This document shows, piece by piece, positions 1 through 13,000 of a DNA stretch of 64,000 nucleotides. Origin of the DNA: Balanoglossus misakiensis. Its lineage: Eukaryota > Animalia > Hemichordata. Positions within the stretch are counted from its first letter, which is position 1; each line of letters opens with the position of its first letter. Location: contig CM082594.2 of NCBI GenBank assembly GCA_040954595.2, positions 6,840,840 through 6,904,839 of the forward strand. Reading direction: 5' to 3'. Under the pieces are notes generated by a model. That model saw only the letters and a program-made list of their open reading frames with translations, made no database searches and was not told where the DNA came from. A program made the position numbers and the translations under genes.

Positions 1-592
1 CCCTGTTTCGATAAAGGTTTGAAAGATATGAACTGAGAAATTTTAGGAATCAGCAAGCATGCTGTTTTGCAGGAGTTTATAGATGATATCATCAATCTGT
101 GTACCCCATCAGGAGAATTGGATTGAGTCACCGAGGCAGCATTTACCAGGTCTGAAAGTTCTGTAACAAAACACCTATCCATCTTATTTATCCAGGAATA
201 AATTTACAACAAAGGTCAACCGATCTGTCAGGATGACATCATCTGGGCAACGGATGGGTTCAGCTTGGCCTACATCATATGTGCATTCTATCGCTCGTTA
301 GAATACATGCTATTTCATCGAAAGCAAAGGAGTTATGGATTTACATATTGCATCGTGATTCGGTTACTTGGTAAAGCAGGCTGTCGCCCACAGGCGAAGA
401 ATATGTGCTTTCTCTGCATACGTACCAGAACACAGTCAAATATTAATCCTTTATTCTGTTCTAGCTTTTCATCTGGGAGGGGTCTTTTTCACAAACATTA
501 CACAAAGTCTCAATCCGTTTCAATTTATGTTTAGCTTCAATACAGATAAACATTCGTAAACTAACTAAGGAGGCAAAGTTGCTATTTTGGCA

Positions 593-735
593 TTAAAGCC
601 CCAGTAGCATATTTGATTCCTGCATCTCCTCTTGATGATTTTGTCACATGTATTTTTTCAGGCTTGTTTGTAAGCCACGTAGATAAACTGCACGATGACG
701 TGGTTTCAAAAGTAACTCTTCCTGGGGAGTTTTAA
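593..735. mobile_element. Possible degenerate TTAA-flanked MITE
   Basis: Starts TTAAAGCCCCAG and ends CTGGGGAGTTTTAA (imperfect inverted termini, TTAA at both ends). Confidence 0.35.
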
Positions 736-1925
736 GCCAACAGAACCACACATGAAAAAACCTTGCACGTACGCCAAGTTTCTACTTTAAATCTACGGTA
801 AGCTTTCATAGGTAAACAGCACTCAAAGCAAACAATACAAAAAGGGCCGAAATTTTTACATCCAATTATCCGTTTGAAAAAAAAAAATTCACCAAGCTCT
901 GCTGGAGTATGAAAATATACGTGTTTGTTACAGACACCCGTAACCTTTTCAGAACACTTCAGGTAGAGCTACTGACTGTTTAAAAAACCATTAGGGGTGG
1001 GTGCAGATCACACGTCCTGAGAAAGCTCAAACTGTTCACCTTTCAGGAAAACACTTGAATGCACAGCCACACAGGTGATTATCTGTGTGCCCTACACTGT
1101 TTTTCTGTAACACATGGCTGCCGCCTATTAATTTTCCGGTCAGCTGATAAACAATTACCCACGCTATGGGCCATAAAATGATAAAAGTTCTTTCATTTTT
1201 ACCCAACAGGAAACTGATGCTGGTAGCATATTTCAACACGAGAAATCAGAACTCATTGATTACTGGTATTTAGCCACATGGTACAATAAGTGGAAGTAAT
1301 GTAATTTAAAAGTGATTTGAAATGACGTTTTTTAAAAGAGACATTTTTTGTCAGTTGGTAAGGTTTATTACTTTCCTGTTATAATTCTAAGCATGAGATG
1401 AACCAAGTCTGAAAGTGAGAAATTCCCCTAAACTCAGTTTAAACAGCAGCCGTCATGAACTGCAGAGCCACCTTAATTAACTACTGGATCCACCACAGAG
1501 AACCGTTGTTGACCACACTCATTTTTCAATTACAAATACCCATAATAAAATCATTCCCAGGTTGGCGTACTAAAAATGTAATTCATAAGGAATCATGCTT
1601 CTGCAGTAAATGCCGAGGTTGACATGTTCTAGAAAGGAGAAGTTGCTGACATCTGACCGGTTATCATAATGCATAATGTTTTACACAGGAAGTTATTGTG
1701 TGTTTACGCTTTACTGGATTAAAGCTGAGAAATACTGCTTCTTGGCACTGAAAGTACAGTTCAGCTGCTGCCATAATTTTTCCCCCATGCTTCCATCCCA
1801 GTATGAAAGTTGATATATGCAGAGAACAATTTGCAAAATAAAATAGAAAAACTAACGCACACTTTCTCTTTAAAAGAAATCATCTTTGAAACAAACATGT
1901 TCTATCGGTCAATTCAGTACTTTTG

Positions 1926-2014
1926 CCCTTTCACCCCCAGTTCCCCTCTATAGAGGTCCAACTTTGCCATAGAAACTATAGACTTGGACCAAACCATCGT
2001 GGTGAAAGCATTAA
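1926..2014 (+). mobile_element. ~86 bp MITE family A, copy 1
   Basis: CCCTTTCACCCCCAGTTCCC..AGAGGTCCAACTTTGCCATAGAAA..TTGGACCAAACCATCGTGGTGAAAGCATTAA aligns along its length with 31555-31640. Confidence 0.75.
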
Positions 2015-4630
2015 ATAGAATTCACTATACTTTGCTATATTAGTGTTCACAGACACTTCCAAAAATTTATCCTCACTCAGTTTGAGTTTTCAGGGGACCT
2101 GTTTGATGTTACTTTTAATTTACTTTTCTAGATTTATTTTTTTAGAAATGTACGTAATTTAAACATCTCCATTGATACTGGGGGGTTCAAATAGAGTTGG
2201 AAAAAGGTCTTTAAAAAGTCCCAACTCCTGGCCCTAGTAGCCAGTTCTCAATTTGGTGACATCACAGCACAAAAGGTGCGGCCTTGTACACTACAGTTGT
2301 ATTGTGCCACCAGTTAATACACTCTAAGCCAATCTTTTCTTACGATTACAATTGCTGTGTTCACCACATTAAAAGCTAGTGTTTTGTGAGATAACATTTT
2401 TACTGCCTGCACAATGAAAGAAAACAACAGTATCCGCTGGGCCACCAGGTATATACTCAAGAAGCTCCCTGTGTTCGTCCATTGATAAATTTGTGTAATC
2501 CAGTTAAACTGTCCCTTCAAGATCAATGCAGGAACCCCTGTAGCCTTCAAGGACAGTGATTTTGGACAACACAATTGAATGAAGTGTTCATCAGGAATAA
2601 CATTAGATTTTCTTTTTCACTGCAATTACGACGGTCAAAAAGTTCCACAACAAATGAGAGCCAATAAAATGCCAATAAAATGCAAATTCTGCAATATTGG
2701 CTGGTGGTGTATTCTGCAATGACATTAAAAGGATGCAAATCATGTCATGAAAAAAGGTTTCAGACTGGACAATTTGTGTCAGCCTTAAGTAGGTGCAAGT
2801 TTCATGCCAGTTCAAAGCAATCAACACGGACATACAGTGTTGGCTGGACTTCTTTGCAGAATTTTACTGAACACCAAATTTTACCCAGAAAAGACACAGG
2901 CAAAAAAATTACCGAATACTTGTCTGTAGACCAATGGTGAAAACCTGTACCCTAAAGGCCGTGTGCATAAGCGCCACGACAACGGCAGGAGAAAATGAAT
3001 CCCTAACAAGACAGCCATTTTAAAGATGCATGTCAGTGAAAACAAACAACCCACATATAAATCCTCTCCGGAACAGCTACCTAAGACTTCTAAATCATTC
3101 ATTTTCTTTAATAATGCAGACATTTGGGTGGTCTTCTAAATTTAAAACTTTAATGGTTCTTAACCTGTTTAATACACTGATCAGTTGCAGCAGGAACACA
3201 GCCAGCTCAACACTAAAATTCTACTTTATTATTTCTATGTAAGCTTCAGCTCTGTATAGGTCTTGAACTTTACATCATGAAATACCTCCTCATGAATAAG
3301 GCCAACTTCCATCTAGGATTTCAAACTTTTATTTTTTTTCGTTTCTTTCCACAGTGTCTGGACGCAGTCTGTGATTGTGGCTTAAAGGCCCATTATCGAT
3401 ACCTGTCTAATTGCTATCAGTTTGACCTTTTAATTTTTTTGCTGAAATGTTAAATGTTAATGTTTCTGTCGAGATATCGGATAGCTCATGTTCGCCTTTG
3501 GGGTGGTCATTACTTTGTTGTCTGCCATTAAAAACTGAGGGAAAACGCAATGGTAAGAATTAATTAAATATTCATATTTCATTTTTTTTAGTATTATACA
3601 AAAGCCACTGTCCAGGACGTCTGTTATTATTTTATGAAAAAAACATGGACTAGAGCACACAGAGATTATAGTGGCAAAACGCAGGATAATACCTGCAGCC
3701 ATTACAGATTTATCAGATCAGGTGACAACTTTCAACCAATCAGCAAAGCCTGCTTGAAGGTGATCCCACCCCCATTGAAATCCACCACATTCAACAATAA
3801 TGATGGATATAAAATTTTACATTAAAATGTCAACGGATAAGAAAGAACCCCAGGAGGGTAGTATAAACTCATCTTACAAACAGCAGTTCTTGCCTCAAGC
3901 TGTTAAAATCTCTTAAAATCTAGATTTGCAAATGTGTAGCCACTGGACGCACTTCGTTACACTGTGTGTACCAAGGGCAAGTATTATCAGGTAGCATATA
4001 GCTTGCTGTATATTACACTGCCTGTCCATGATCACTGTACTCCAGTGGCAAAACAAACGTCCACTGGTGTATCACCATGTGTGTTACATTGCCAGGTACA
4101 AGTAACGGCAGGATTTTGGGCATATGCAGTTGGTATGAATATTCATGAGTACCACACATTACATTCAAAAGGTTCCCTCTTATTTGCCCAACAGTACTAA
4201 CTCTCATAATTTCATGAAATCTTACTGAAAGTTTGTTTTGAGAGATTCTGTTCCATACACTTATCACATTTCCTTTGGAAAAAATCTGCCCCAGAAAAAC
4301 ATCAACACACAGAAATGTCTACAGCAATATGGCAATTAAAGTGGTACCCCTGTTTTGAAAATATTTTCATCCCACCATTTAGGTTCCTGTGGTGTGTAAT
4401 TACACTCATCAGACCCTACATGGAGAGTTCAACAATATTTACAATGTGGGAGCGCCATTTTAATTTCCATCACAGTTTAATAATGGATACCTACCTGTTT
4501 GAAAAACAAATATTAATAGAAGAATCCCGAAAAGACATTTTTCTCTTCACTGAAATACGCCAAACACTCCCACAAAAACATCACTGAAGTTTCTTACCAG
4601 AGAAATTTCCACATAGATTGAACTGTACCA

Positions 4631-4793
4631 TTAAAGGTGTACGGTCACCTATGCCAATTTAGATACAGTTACCATGGCAACCTGACATCTAGCCAATCAC
4701 AGATTTTCAGTGGGTGGCACAAGTGAAAAAGAGAGCGCCACCATTTTGCCATTTATGGACATATATAAATTGGAGGTGACCGTGTACCTTTAA
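4631..4793. mobile_element. Non-autonomous DNA transposon (Kolobok-like termini) with TTAA target-site duplication
   Basis: Termini TTAAAGGTGTACGGTCACCT and AGGTGACCGTGTACCTTTAA are 18/20 inverted matches, with further inner complementarity (CCAATTTAGATA / TATATAAATTGG). The internal AGCCAATCACAGATTTT..TGGGTGGC segment recurs near 60555. Confidence 0.75.
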
Positions 4794-4866
4794 TATAACA
4801 TTTTAAGATTTCTCTCATTCATATGAAGAACAAAACAAAAACAAGAAATGATAAACATCAACTTAC

Positions 4867-7106
4867 CAGCTATCTGCAGATAAGCTCTGCTGACTATTAT
4901 GCCATATTTGTTACTTGCAAAACACTCGTACGTCCCCACATCCGACTGTTTCTTTTTCCGGTGTTCAACTGCGGTAAAATACAGCGAGCCATTCCTGAGG
5001 ATCTGCCAGTGGTCGTCACCTCTAATGTCCTGCCCATCTTTTTTCCAGGTTATATTAATGGGAGACTCTCCACTCGCTGAGCAGTCCCACACAAAAGCTT
5101 GGTCCTTTGGGACTGTCACATTTTGAGGTTCTATGGTAAAGTCTAAAGTTTCAGCACTAAATATTCCTGGAAAAAGAAACCAGTCAGGCTAGTTGAAAAA
5201 TATACCATGAAAAATGATGATTTCGAAAGATACATAAAGACAATCAGTATTACTATAACTCATGCTTTTTTATTTTGTCATTTTCTAGCTCTCTCTTCAC
5301 CATGTTGATATATCCAGCATTGATTCAGCCTATAACTTACCCTACCAAGTATTTTCATCATCATTAATTTTTGACAATTCAAATATCTCGAACTAATATT
5401 TTGTTCTTGCGATTAAAATGCATCCAACACTTGTATCAACTAACCAAAGACTGGGCATTTCAACATAACTGACAGTATAGGACAAGAGAATATACCTGTT
5501 AAATGAAAAAAAATCTATTTTCCAAGGTAAAAGCTAGGCAGCTGCCTTATTAATGATAAAACAACAAAAAAACAAATATATTCACAGAAGTATGCCAGCT
5601 AGGCTGTTTTATTTTATTCAAGTAAATTTCTATTCAAAACATTCTCAGATCTGTTAAGAATCACAATAATTTAATTTATTACAAAGGCTTATTTTGCGTA
5701 GTTTCTTAAAATAGACAAACACAGTTATTACAAATGGTAATTATTTAGACCCTCAACCACTATTATTCGCAAGCGTTTTCTATGCTACAGGTAAAAGAGT
5801 ACTGATAAGAATGCATGAATTTTGAATGAGCAAATGTCACGGGGGGGGGGGGGGGGGGGGGGAACAACTTGATGTATGGCGCTGGAAAAGCTCCTTGACT
5901 TGTTGACACTCGACGCATGCTAATGACTGTTATTTTCGCCAGTCTCTCATTCTCTGAGCAAAGGAAGAATAGCTGTTCCTTGTTGCATGTACACGATAAA
6001 TTCAACTGTGGTCACAGTACATGAGTATATACATCAACTGGCCGGCCTGTCGACATGCAGCCTGCGCGCGTCCGTGTGCGTGCAGTTGAAAAACAAGCGC
6101 GCGTGGCGAAAACTACACTTTTCTTTGAATACTAAATGTATTTACTCGAGTAAAAATATCTTTCTGTCGTGTTATACTGATGTAGAGACGATCCGTTTGG
6201 TTTAAAACAGCCAGAACATGTTGGTGTACGGAAATAAATGCAACTTGTGTTTATGCTGGTAAAGACCCTGCCGGGGCATTCTGTTGAAATGTACATGCCT
6301 TTGTTTTGCTATTATTTGTCGCATTTGCTTCATTCTTTTTTATTTTGTGGTGGCTGAGGTTTGAAAACGTGTTTTTGACGAAGTAATTTCGTTCTGTTAT
6401 CATTTAGAACTGAAGTGGCGCCGACTTCATTATAGATTGGTCGTGTGGGCAGCGAGTGTTTCCCAGTGTGTGGGTACGCCGCGCCAATGTGCACTGCGCA
6501 GCGCTGTTCCAACAAAATGAATGGCTGTCGTCAACCCGCCGCGCTCTCCGATTCAAAACAACATTGGCCTCGAATTCTTCCTTTTTTCTTACACCAGGGT
6601 ATACAGTATTTTAAAAACGTGGCAAATAGTCTTGTTTGGCACGAAAACGGCGGTGAAATCTACGGTGTTCGGCGCGACGGCCTGATATAGACGCTCGACC
6701 TTCGTGTGAACTTGAGCTTGCGACATTGTGTCCTCAATTCACCTCGTATATAAACAAAGCAACTGACATCTCTATTGTTAAAGTGCGCTGAAGATGACAA
6801 AGGGCTTAAAACACAGCGAAAACAAGCGGCGGTCTGGCTCGTTGATTAGTATGCGGTGGTACTTGTAGGTTAAGGCATTTCAATGTCATATTCACTATCC
6901 GCAAACACTGCAGCACTGCGAACTCGAACGAACTCGGCCCCTTCTCGTCATCATGCATCAGGGCCATTGAGCAGAAGTGCGGCGAACGGTCGCGCAAAAC
7001 GCGAAACAGTGCCGATTTCACCGTGAAAATATCACCTACCTGACGATAAAAGAACACAGAGAAAGAGTATTAGCCACGATCTGGAGTCTGAAGGTTGGTG
7101 CGCCAT
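4867..7106 (-). CDS. PRTG: Protogenin-like (DCC/neogenin family) Ig-superfamily receptor, first two coding exons; gene continues past the left edge
   Basis: Exon 7106-7040 encodes signal peptide MAHQPSDSRSWLILFLCVLLSS (phase 1, donor gtaggt). Exon 5166-4867 (300 nt, phase 1-1) encodes an I-set Ig domain, FTIEPQNVTVPKDQAFVWDCSASGESPINITWKKDG...NGSLYF...QSDVGTYECFASNKYG, resembling protogenin Ig1 as I recall it. The family call is firm; the exact orthologue is less so. Confidence 0.75.
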
Positions 7107-7633
7107 AAATAACCGTACATTGGAGCAAGTTTGTAGATAAAAAACTTCATATGACTAGCCCTCTGTAACGATCGGTGGAGGAATACAACACACTGTTCGC
7201 GGCTACACACTACGCATCGCCACCAATGTTGATGCATCCGCGTAAACAAAACTGCGGCGCTAGAACTGAGTATTTTCCTACAATATCGCGCCGGCTTGCG
7301 TTTGAAAGTATGCAAATCCTATCGCCCGTACACACGTGATTAAAACAGTGCTAACACACCATTCGTCTATGGGTCTGAAAATCTATTTATTACTTCGCCC
7401 ACAGGTCACATTTCAATGGCAAACAATGAGACCTACTAGATCCTTTGATCTGAGTGAGCACTCCATTAGACTGCCATTGGTCGTGTACACGTACAACACT
7501 ACCACACTTAATTATTTTGTGCGCAAATATATTCACTGTTTTAGTATAATTATAAAATACAGAGGTATACCAGTAGATGCATATCTATCACATGTAAATA
7601 AAAAGTTTAATTTAGACGTTGACTGTATTAAAA

Positions 7634-7635
<2 letters not shown>

Positions 7636-7712
<77 letters not shown>
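7636..7712. repeat. (CT)n microsatellite
   Basis: Uninterrupted CT dinucleotide run of about 77 bp. Confidence 0.97.
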
Positions 7713-7714
<2 letters not shown>

Positions 7715-8460
7715 GGAAATTTATACAAGAGCCCTATACAAAAATGTCAATGGAAAAAAAAGACTGACAAAGTTCATGAAAAAATAAGGAGGGTGTTTGT
7801 AAAACACTAACATTTATTTAAGGACACTAAACCTCGCATGCCGATAGAATATGAGGTTTATGCATTTTGTAAAACTCAGCCTGTAGAATTTTACTTTTCC
7901 TAGAAAATTTTATGAAACGAATCCAACACTATCCTGGACCCCGGACAACTACGACTTGCAACTCAACCTAGTGTGGTCAACCGACTCTAATAACCGACAG
8001 ATCCCGTAAATAAGCTTTCTGGAACAGAAAATTACATGTATACTCTTTCAATTGATGACGTTATGTATGCCGCAAGCTGTTGCATTCGCGCGATAGTAGA
8101 CTGGTATACAGGCCCAGTAGTGCTCCCCAATTTGTTTTGAGCCTTGGTTCTTTTTTTTCTCTTTCAAAATCTCACTTTTTGGTTTGTGATACCAAAATGA
8201 CAAACTGTCTACAGTGGGTAATGTCTGAGGACCTATATTCCAGGCTATGAGTCCTGAGCTGTGTACGATGTGTATATATGTCGGTGCCATAAATTGTTGG
8301 GTGGTTCCCGATGCAGCACGGAATTTTTATGATCGTTTAATGAGTTAATACGATTGACTCCAATCTGACGTGCGCGCCTCCCTCTATATAGGCTGGGATC
8401 CAGCCGGAGTTCACAAGTTCTGCAATCCTAATCCTGCGGGGATTTATGTTTGTGGAATCA

Positions 8461-8509
8461 GAACGAACGAACGAACGAATGAATGAATGATGATGATGAT
8501 GATGATGAT
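8461..8509. repeat. Compound microsatellite (GAAC)n(GAAT)n(GAT)n
   Basis: gaacgaacgaacgaacgaatgaatgaatgatgatgatgatgatgatgat. Confidence 0.9.
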
Positions 8510-9030
8510 AACGACGGTCGCGGAAGAGAAAGATCAAAATGATCTATCTGTAGACAGTAGTGGAACGTGCACGCCAATTATCGATTACACCGTATGGGGG
8601 CGATATACATGCTTGGTAGACCAGACCAACCGGCTGCTAAGCCTAAGGGATCCACCATTAGACTACATAGAGAGGGGCGGTATATGGTCAAAATGAAAAA
8701 AAAAGTGCAAGTGAAAAGAAAAGAAAATTACATAATGAAATATTCTTTCCCAGCAACACACTTCCAAAGCAAGTAATCTGCCACACAATTGAAGGACTTA
8801 AAAGCTCTCCTCTTGAGGACTCACGACAGAGCAAACCCCAAAACTAATATTAGCGAGTGTTGTACGTGAACTTCACAAGCTATTTTAAACTTGGCATGAT
8901 TGTTTTGCTGCTGCTGTTGTTGTTATTTTTGTCTCTGTCGCGTTTCGTACAGCTAGCTCTGCTACCACATCAATGATGTGCTACCATGCTACCCATATAC
9001 TCCCCTCAGAGTTCAAAAAAGGACAGTCTC

Positions 9031-9053
9031 TGACCTTTGACCTCATATGACCT
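9031..9053. promoter_or_regulatory. Three perfect nuclear-receptor half-sites (DR1 + DR4) upstream of the SLC1 gene
   Basis: TGACCT-T-TGACCT-CATA-TGACCT, upstream of a probable 5' UTR exon with donor AAG|gtaagt near 9604. Confidence 0.35.
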
Positions 9054-10072
9054 TCTACCTCTTGTATCTATCGAAGCCGGGCCGTCCTGCCGTGATCACA
9101 ACAAGCGTACTCTCACATCAAACATGTTGTCACGAGTTCTACTCACCACAAGCTGCTACCACTATCCGATTTAGTAACCAGCTAGCCTGACTTTGTGAAG
9201 TGAGCATATTTTTACTGACTTTCTGAGAGAAAAGACACACGATTCCTGAGCTTACACACGGACATATGAACCGACTCGTTTTGCTTACTGTACTATATTG
9301 ACTCAACTTGTCAAAAATGCTGTCGAGTTCATGAATGCGGATGTGATCTGTGAAGAAAGTTGTATGATCCTTTCGCCAACAAATGCCGACAGCTATATAC
9401 GATACTCTGACAGGAGACACGCACACGATCCCTCTGGAAAACGAAGCTGGGTCTGTGTGGTGGAAGGGACCGTGATTGAAACCTGATCGTTACTCGGGGT
9501 CACAGTCCAATGTACGTTGCAATATTGTCTGTCGTTAATTTTAATCCGTGCGTGCATGGTAAAAACAAACCACGCAGAGATAAAAATAATAACCATTTCA
9601 AAGGTAAGTGCTAAAGCTGTATTGCTTTATCGCTGTGTCGATTTCCATATGGGGGAGGGTCTGAGTATAGGCCATGACATATGGTAGGCCTATTCGTGTA
9701 ACCATGGAAGTCTGTGGTACATCCATGGTGTAGTAACTGAGGTAGATTATTTGACTTATTTGTACAAAATCTCATTAACACAAAATTTATGACATTTGTG
9801 GTGGTGATATTACTGTGCACTGACAGCATGTACATTTAACTGCCTTGTCCAGACCATTATTGAAAATTGCTATGGCAACAGGTATATATGATGATCAGAA
9901 TGTATGATGTGTAGGTCATAACCATTGCAATTTGTGTATTTTTCAGATTAATAACGGCCACTTTGAAAAATGTAGATTGACTTGCATCATTCACGAAAAT
10001 TCTGTCACACTTACTGACTTAGTTCATTTTTTTTTTCATTTCACACAGAAGAACATTACACAGGAAGAAAAC

Positions 10073-13000
10073 ATGGCATGGCTGTCGTGGTGCGAATGCA
10101 ATGCTAAATGCATGAGCAAATGGGCTGCAGCAAATCTTCTGCTGCTACTGACACTTATTGGTGTTGTGGTTGGTTTTCTGTTGGTTGTTATACTGAGGGT
10201 AAGTATTCGTAATTAATTCGCAGCCGAACTTAAAATTGGACTCCTGATAATCTTTCCCCATCTATCCCCCCCTGAGATGATGGTACCAGTGCATCATGGG
10301 ACATTGACACGTAAGGAAACAATGTACTATATTTTTACAGCCTCTTGGACCGTCGGATGATGTCATCATGTGGATTGGAATGCCAGGGGAATTATTCCTG
10401 CGAGGTCTTGAGATGACAATTATTCCATTGTTGGCTTCCACTGTGATAACAGGTCAGTAGACTCAAGCAGATCACAGATAAATCACGTTTTTAGTGGTTC
10501 CCATTGCTTATTCATCCTGTAGAACTTCTCAGCCATTCTGACTAGTCTGGCAGTGGGCTAGCCCAGTGGTAACACCAAGTGCTAGCAGACTATCACACAA
10601 TAATAACGCTACACTATCCTGGTATTAACACTCCCATCAATAATAATGCACTTACATACTGCTGCATATACAGTCCAACCTGGACCATTTTGTCAATGTT
10701 ACCTATTGCTACGATTAAGTTAGTTTAGACAACTGAAGTATAAAAACAATTTTGTTCACTACATAAACAGTTACGCCTGCTGTTGTTAATGTTGGTCACG
10801 TAATACAGGCTGTGGCGAAAACCAGTGTTTTCACACCATACGTAATTCAATCAGGTAGCTGATACGTAGAAAAATCTCATGCTATCCCACCAGCTGTTGC
10901 CAGTCTGGAATTAAAGGAAAATGGCCGTATGGCAGCTGGCGCTTTTGGATTCTTTTTGGTGAGCACAATGTCCGGAGTGGCCTCCGGAATTTTCATCACG
11001 GCATTAATCAGTCCCGGCCAGCGTCCATTGGCTGACGGAAGCGACCAATCACCACCTGAGGTGACGCATTACCAGACTCAGGATGTTTTCGCTGATCTGT
11101 TGAGGTATTTGCGTACAGTTAAGCTGTTTAGCCATAATCTTTTCACAACATTTGCATGGTTTTAGGTTCAAAGTAATTTTATGGTGTGTATTTTCGCACC
11201 TGACTATTATTACACCCAATACTGTGACATATTCATGGATTTTCCTGTTTTAGTAATATTCATAGAATGTCTAGTATTGTACAAGAAAATCCATTAATCC
11301 AACAATTGTTACATGAATTTTGAACAGAAAATGATATTTTTTTAACCTTGAGGTATGGCGCAGTTGTATTTCGTGCAAATCAACATGAATACAGATTCAA
11401 AACACCTTGTACTCAGACAACAGTGCATAAAATGCATGGAATTAATATCATATTCCAAAATGCATACATAAATTCTTTACTAGTGCAGTAGTACACAGTT
11501 GATCATAGTGTACCAGCATTATCAAGTATGGGGCTATTAATATGCTAAATGTAATCACCACCTGTTACAAATTGTTTTCTTTCACACGTAATCATCATTG
11601 AATCTATCATCATATGGGTTTTTTGTTTGCTATTATTTATTGAGACTATATCTTTAAAAATATTTATAATTAATGACATAATTAAGTCTGGTATAAAAGA
11701 ACTTTCACTGAGGCAGACACTTCATCATCTATACTTCTGTTACAATAACATAACTGTCATATTTGGTATTATGAAGAAACTGATCACAGATATATTAATA
11801 TTCTATTCACCTTCAAAACATGCAATAGCGGTTGAAAATTTTAAAAACTAAATCACAATGGAAGTAAACATTTCTCTGTTTTTTATTTCCTAGGAATTTG
11901 ATTCCAAGCAATATAGTGAGGGCCTGCTTCCAGTCAGTAAGTCATACAATCATATTTCTAACATTATTCTCTACCACAGGGCCTATAAAAATGTCTGTCT
12001 TCAATGGATATGTACTGGTGTTTCTTTTGTTCACATATTGCACAGTAGGAGAATGGTGGACTTATGTTAATTGGGGTGAGGGGCTGGGGGTGGGGAAATT
12101 TCTTTGAAACAGAACTACTCATGGTCCGGCCATGACAAACAGGAAAATATTCCTGACACTTTGATTGTATTTTTATCGTTATTCTGTCATCATTCAAACA
12201 GACATTCACAAAGTATGATATACAAGATGTTGAAGGGAGCAATGGTACGGCCACCGTCGTTACTAAGCAACTAGCAATGACAAATAGGACCAATATCATG
12301 GGTAAGTTGCAGACAACATTCATTAGGATTACTGTGAATTAAATTCACATTATTAGGTGAACCTGATTATTTTATGTGTGTGTGGTAAAAATGTGAATTG
12401 AAATATCTTCCTGAAACATGAACCTAGACATTCTAGCAATAAAAAATCATAAGCTTGCCATATGTAAAGTTGCCATATGACACCACATGGATTATAATAT
12501 TTATCATGAAATCCTCTTCTATTTTTAGGGGTAAAGTCTTGATTTATTACATTAGATGTTGTCATATGGATATATAATATCCGGTCGGACATTTTTTATA
12601 TGTTTGTTATAATAATTGGATTTTTTACGGACTGTAAAATACAGCTCAATATTTGAGAATTTTACTTTCATATTTGACACAAGTTATGAAAGAACAAGAC
12701 AAAATGAGTTATAGTATTATAATATGGACATTTTGTATTTTTGCCATATTGCGCTGTGTAACATCCAGCCAATGCATACTTTCACCCCCCCCCCCCCCCC
12801 CCCAGTTCCCTCTTTAGAGGCCCAACCTTACCATAGAAAACGATGTTCCTGTTATCTTTTGTAGGAGTTGTGATATTTTGTATAGCCTGTGGTATGGCCA
12901 TGAGTGTTGAAAGAACGAAAACCAAACCTATGCTGGATTTCATGTGGGCTGTTAGAACAGTTATTTTTAAAATCTTTGGTGCTTTCATCTGGTAAGTGTG

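Noticed and set aside
7336-7810. ORFs with SL repeats
   Set aside because: Translation of the (CT)n microsatellite.
8376-8680. Imperfect inverted similarity flanking the compound microsatellite
   Set aside because: Only about 15/20 identity and no target-site duplication.
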